Assembly: GCA_965198005.1 (NCBI GenBank)
Contig: CBDAOI010000002.1
Location: 96,001 to 160,000 of the forward strand
Length of the DNA stretch: 64,000 bases
Direction of reading: 5' to 3'
DNA from: Spirochaetia bacterium
Lineage (GTDB): Bacteria > Spirochaetota > Spirochaetia > SZUA-6 > Bin103
Part shown: positions 60,381 to 64,000 of the stretch, one piece after another
Numbering within the stretch: the first letter of the stretch is position 1
How the letters are laid out: each line of letters opens with the position of its first letter
Translations under genes and position numbers: made by a program
Notes under the pieces: generated by a model
Databases searched by the model: none
What the model was told of the DNA's origin: nothing
Seen by the model: the letters and a program-made list of their open reading frames with translations, nothing else

Positions 60381-62445
60381 GTGTCAGCGCCGCTATCGAC
60401 TGGTAGTAGTCCAGCAAAGGCTGGCGCGTTCAGCGGGGGACAGACCCGCCGGGGTAAGAGCCAGAGCCCCGTAGTTTGGATGGCAGGGAGGAGGGAAACC
60501 GATGATCTGAAGCCCATTGACACGGCCATCGTAAGGGTGGTCGACGAGTCACCGGGCCGTAACGAGAGTGAACGCACAGGTAGCCCCGAAAGTCGCAAGG
60601 TCCGGAGGCCGAGTCCGTATTCGTAGGACGAAGGCAGCATGGCGTAGCGCAGACTGGCTGAAGCGCTACGACACTCTGGCGGGGTGGTAGCGACGGCACG
60701 GTGACGAGGACGCGCTAAGCAACTGGAGAAGCCCTCCTCGCCCCGTTGAGAAATCGGCGGAGCAAGGTAGGCCGTATAACCGGCAGCACCGGGAAATCGG
60801 CCGACAGGCGAGAGGGTGGCGGAGGGGTTGGTAGTACCGGGGAAGTCGGGTAACGCCGGTGGAGGGAAGCGGCCCTGCTGTTTTGTAACGACTTTGGCAA
60901 CAGGGGAGGCAGAGGCGAGATGATAAAGGCGCCGATCAAACTGCGGGACCTGAGACGAAGGATATACGTGAAGGCGAAGGCTGAACCTGAATGGCGATTC
61001 TGGGGCCTGTTCGTGCACGTCCGCAAGTTGGAAACACTACGCGAAGCATATGCACTGGCCGAGCGGAACGACGGGAGCCCCGGGATTGACGGGGTGACAT
61101 TCGAGGCCATCGAGGCCGGTGGAGTGGAGAGTTTCCTTGAGCGGATACGTGAGGAACTGGTAACGGGCGAATACCTGCCGCAGCGGAACCGGAGACAGGA
61201 GATACCGAAGGGCGGGGGCAAGGTCCGCGTGCTGGGGATTCCCACGATCCGGGACCGGGTGGTGCAGGGAGCGCTCAAGCTGATATTGGAGCCGATCTTC
61301 GAGGCTGATTTTCAAGCGGGGTCGTATGGCTACCGGCCGCAGCGGAGCGCGCACGATGCAGTGGCGCGAGTCGCAGGGGCTATCGTGAGCAACAAGACGC
61401 GCGTGATAGACGTTGACCTGAGCAGCTACTTTGACAACGTAAGGCATCATCTGTTGTTGGAGAAAGTGGCGCAGAGGGTGAGCGACGGGGACGTGATGGC
61501 GTTACTCAAGAAGATACTGAAGGCGAACGGGAAGAAAGGGGTACCGCAGGGCGGGGTGATTTCACCCTTGCTGAGCAACGTGTACCTGAACGAGGTGGAC
61601 CGGATGCTGGAGCGGGCCAAGGAAACGACCCGTAAAGGCCGGTACGCGTATGTGGAATACGTGCGCTGGGCGGATGACCTGGTAATTCTTGTGGACGCCT
61701 ACCAGCGCCATGACTGGCTGCTGGCAGCGGTAGACAAACGACTGCGGGAGGAATTGGAGCGCCTCCAGGTGGAAGTGAACGAGGACAAGAGCCGGACGGT
61801 GGACCTGGCGAAGGGCGAGAGCTTTGGATTCCTGGGGTTTGACTTTCGGCGCGTGCGCAGTCTGCGGGGAGTGTGGCGACCCCAGTACACCCCGCAGACC
61901 AAGAAGCGGAGCGCGCTGTTGCGCAAGCTCAAGGAGATATTCCGACGCTATCGATCACAGCCGGTAGGACGGGTGGTGGAGATCATCAATCCGATCCTGC
62001 GCGGGTGGGTGAACTACTTTGCGATCGGGCATTCGAGCAGGTGTTTTGGCTATGTTCGCGACTGGGTGGAGAAGAAGATACGGCGGCATATGATGCGCGC
62101 CAAGAAACGCCAGGGATTTGGTTGGAAGAGGTGGAGTAGGAGCTGGCTGTATGAGCGGCTGGGACTGTACGGTGATTACCGGGTCCGGTGGCCGCGGTCC
62201 GCTTCGAAAGCGCTCCCGACACGATAGGCCACATAACCCTTGACGTGAAGCAGACAGGAAAGCCCGGTGCCGGAAATCGGCACGCCGGGTTTGATGAGGC
62301 GGGGGCTGGAAACGTGACCATGGGAGCCGGACTGCGGACCAACGCGAAAGTGGTTGGAATTGCCACCGGACCCTACCGTCGGCGCGCCAGTCCTCGACCC
62401 CACCTGCGCGGGGGGCGCCGGGCAACCGGCGTTCCTACCGCGAAC
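60381..62445 (+). mobile_element. Group II intron (5' end 60381 GTGTC or 60424 GCGCG; 3' end 62403 or 62445)
   Basis: Structured 5' leader, RT ORF, domain V AAAGCCCGGTGCCGGAAATCGGCACGCCGGGTTT (62259-62292), domain VI ending AC. Confidence 0.88.
60920..62227 (+). CDS. ltrA: Group II intron reverse transcriptase/maturase, no En domain
   Basis: PGIDG, LGIPTIRDRVVQ, SYGYRP, YFDNV, GVPQGGVISPLL.N, RWADD, FLGFDF, RGWVNYF. Confidence 0.95.
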   Translation: MIKAPIKLRDLRRRIYVKAKAEPEWRFWGLFVHVRKLETLREAYALAERNDGSPGIDGVTFEAIEAGGVESFLERIREELVTGEYLPQRNRRQEIPKGGGKVRVLGIPTIRDRVVQGALKLILEPIFEADFQAGSYGYRPQRSAHDAVARVAGAIVSNKTRVIDVDLSSYFDNVRHHLLLEKVAQRVSDGDVMALLKKILKANGKKGVPQGGVISPLLSNVYLNEVDRMLERAKETTRKGRYAYVEYVRWADDLVILVDAYQRHDWLLAAVDKRLREELERLQVEVNEDKSRTVDLAKGESFGFLGFDFRRVRSLRGVWRPQYTPQTKKRSALLRKLKEIFRRYRSQPVGRVVEIINPILRGWVNYFAIGHSSRCFGYVRDWVEKKIRRHMMRAKKRQGFGWKRWSRSWLYERLGLYGDYRVRWPRSASKALPTR

Positions 62446-62513
62446 ACCCCTGGGTATGGAAGGCCCTTAGCGGGCCGCTCTGAGGCCGACTCGGACGGCG
62501 AGCGGCCCGCAGA

Positions 62514-62828
62514 TTGCGACTGCTCGGCTTGGAGACGATCTACCGCAAGCCGCGGCTCAGCGTCGCGAACCCGGAGCATCGGGTATATCCCTATCTGCTG
62601 CGGGGGCTTACGATCGACCGACCGAATCAGGTGTGGTGTGCAGACATCACCTATATCCCGGTGCAGGACGGGTTCCTGTACTTGGTGGCGATCATGGACT
62701 GGGCCAGCCGGCGGGTGCTGGCGTGGCAGTTGTCCAACACGTTGGACGCCCGGTTCTGCGTCGAGGCACTGGAGGAAGCGCTGGAGATGTACGGCAACCC
62801 GGAGATCTTCAACACCGATCAGGGGAGC
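62514..62828 (+). mobile_element. IS3-family OrfB fragment
   Basis: YPYLLR, PNQVWCADITYIP, YLVAIMDWASR, FNTDQGS. Confidence 0.88.
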
Positions 62829-62851
62829 TCCTGCACTACCTCCCGTCCGAT

Positions 62852-63250
62852 CTACATCAGGCACTCATCCACCAGTAGTTCCAACCCCAGCATCCCAGCG
62901 GCGCTGCTTGCATCGCACTCGACACCGTGGTGGGCAGCACCGCCAGCGCGTAGATGCCGGCCAGGATGCGCGGGTCGCCGCCGCGCCACAGCAGCGTCGC
63001 GCTGGCGGCGAAATATACTGGCGTGACGATGAAGATGAACGCCTGCAGGACCAGGTGCAGGCGCATGTCGCGCAGCCCGGAACGGATCGCCTCGGTGGGC
63101 AGGTTCAGGCCGGAGAGGAAAGAAAAGGACCACCACCAGCACGGTCGCGGTCAGGCCGCCGGCCACCGCGGCGAGCAGCCCGACGAAGAACCAGTTCTTG
63201 CGCAGCCAGGCGCCGGTGCGGGCTGGTGCAGCCATATCGCGGCGCATCAT
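62852..63250 (-). pseudogene. Bile acid:sodium symporter-like fragment
   Basis: KNWFFVGL; frameshift; LSGLNLPTEAI...LHL...LAVLPTTVSS; truncated. Confidence 0.7.
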
Positions 63251-63337
63251 AGCCTGCGTGGACGGCGGAGCGAACAGCCGACCGACAACCCTCCGCGTGG
63301 CTTACGCGCGCGGCCTGAGCGCGGCCTGCGGCATTGC

Positions 63338-63379
63338 TTGACATCTCTCGATCCATACGTAAGCATGCTTACGTATGGA
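63338..63379 (+). promoter_or_regulatory. TA promoter with a 28-bp perfect palindromic operator
   Basis: TTGACA at 63338; TCCATACGTAAGCA|TGCTTACGTATGGA at 63352-63379 covers the ATG. Confidence 0.8.
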
Positions 63380-63626
63380 CAAGGTTCTCTCAACCAGAAT
63401 CGACGAAGACACCGCTCAGACTCTGGATGGTCTCGCCGTCACTCTGCGAACGTCCAAGAAACGCATCGTCGAGGACGCTATCCGGCTCTATAGCAAGACG
63501 GTCGAGCAGAAGCCAGACCCGCTCGATCAATCGTTCGGCGCCTGGCGGCGGACGGAGGCACCGGATGAGTTGCACCGCCGGATTCGTGCTGCTTTTGAAG
63601 ACTCCATGCACCGGAATCAGAGGTGA
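63375..63626 (+). CDS. RHH antitoxin (VapB-like)
   Basis: VLSTRIDE...LDGLA...SKKRIVEDAIRLY...SFGAW. Confidence 0.82.
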   Translation: MDKVLSTRIDEDTAQTLDGLAVTLRTSKKRIVEDAIRLYSKTVEQKPDPLDQSFGAWRRTEAPDELHRRIRAAFEDSMHRNQR

Positions 63627-64000
63627 GGACATACGTCGATGCCGACGTCTTGATCTGGCATCTCCGGGGATTGGCGACCGCACAGGGATTCATCGCGGGT
63701 CTTCGTGCAAACCCGGCGTACGAACTCTGGGTTGGCGCAATGCAGAGGGCGGAGATCCTCTTCTTCATGCGGCCGGATGAAGAGGCGGCAACCTTCGGGT
63801 TGTTCTCTCAATTCAAGACCGCATCCGTCGGGCAGGCGATCATTGATGCGGCCGGCGAACTCTACCGCCGTTGGAACCCCTCACACGGAATAGGTGTCAA
63901 CGATGCCATCCTGGCAGCCACCGTCCAAGCTACCGGCGGCAAGCTCTACTGCCTGAACACCCGTCACTTTCCCATGGATGACATCCTGGTGGAACGAGCG
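63623..64000 (+). CDS. vapC: VapC-like PIN toxin (runs off the window edge)
   Basis: GTGA overlap; YVDADVLIWHLRG...RAEI...VNDAILAAT...LNTRHFP. Confidence 0.88.
   Translation, partial: MRTYVDADVLIWHLRGLATAQGFIAGLRANPAYELWVGAMQRAEILFFMRPDEEAATFGLFSQFKTASVGQAIIDAAGELYRRWNPSHGIGVNDAILAATVQATGGKLYCLNTRHFPMDDILVERA

Noticed and set aside
59282-62227. Retron (NDT effector next to an RT)
   Set aside because: The RT has group II domains 0-7 and X, followed by DV/DVI, and lacks the retron VTG motif; adjacency looks incidental.
1-64000. CRISPR array or cas genes; DGR
   Set aside because: No regularly spaced repeats or cas motifs seen; differences between repeats are not adenine-specific.

Overview
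High-GC bacterial window. Gene content and order in the first 9 kb suggest a Spirochaetota-like host (inference only). Bases 1-8.9 kb are housekeeping: rsmH (partial), mraZ with MraZ boxes, DUF1820, recN, nadK, a DegT-like gene, pcm, tRNA-Ile, ahcY and adk. An ABC/AAA ATPase and a tandem CaiB/BaiF CoA-transferase follow. From about 13 kb to 63 kb lies a heavily rearranged defence and mobile-element island. Its most unusual part is a co-directional minus-strand cluster: OB-fold/SF1 helicase/DUF559-like nuclease, then a PIN + unknown + ribosomal-protein-L13e-like fusion, a DUF1998 SF2 helicase, RecQ-PRTase, and DprA with a tandem wHTH. The island also holds a type III R-M system (intact res and mod plus several skeleton copies), Mrr, an XRE-REase-STAND (Avs-like) gene, ATPase + DUF4276, a frameshifted RelE-UvrD gene, an NDT-like effector, many TA modules and IS remnants. 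It further contains an alpha-methylserine-hydroxymethyltransferase-like gene and a group II intron with apparently doubled termini. Duplicated blocks carry reciprocal deletions. All calls come from reading motifs by eye; no searches were run.
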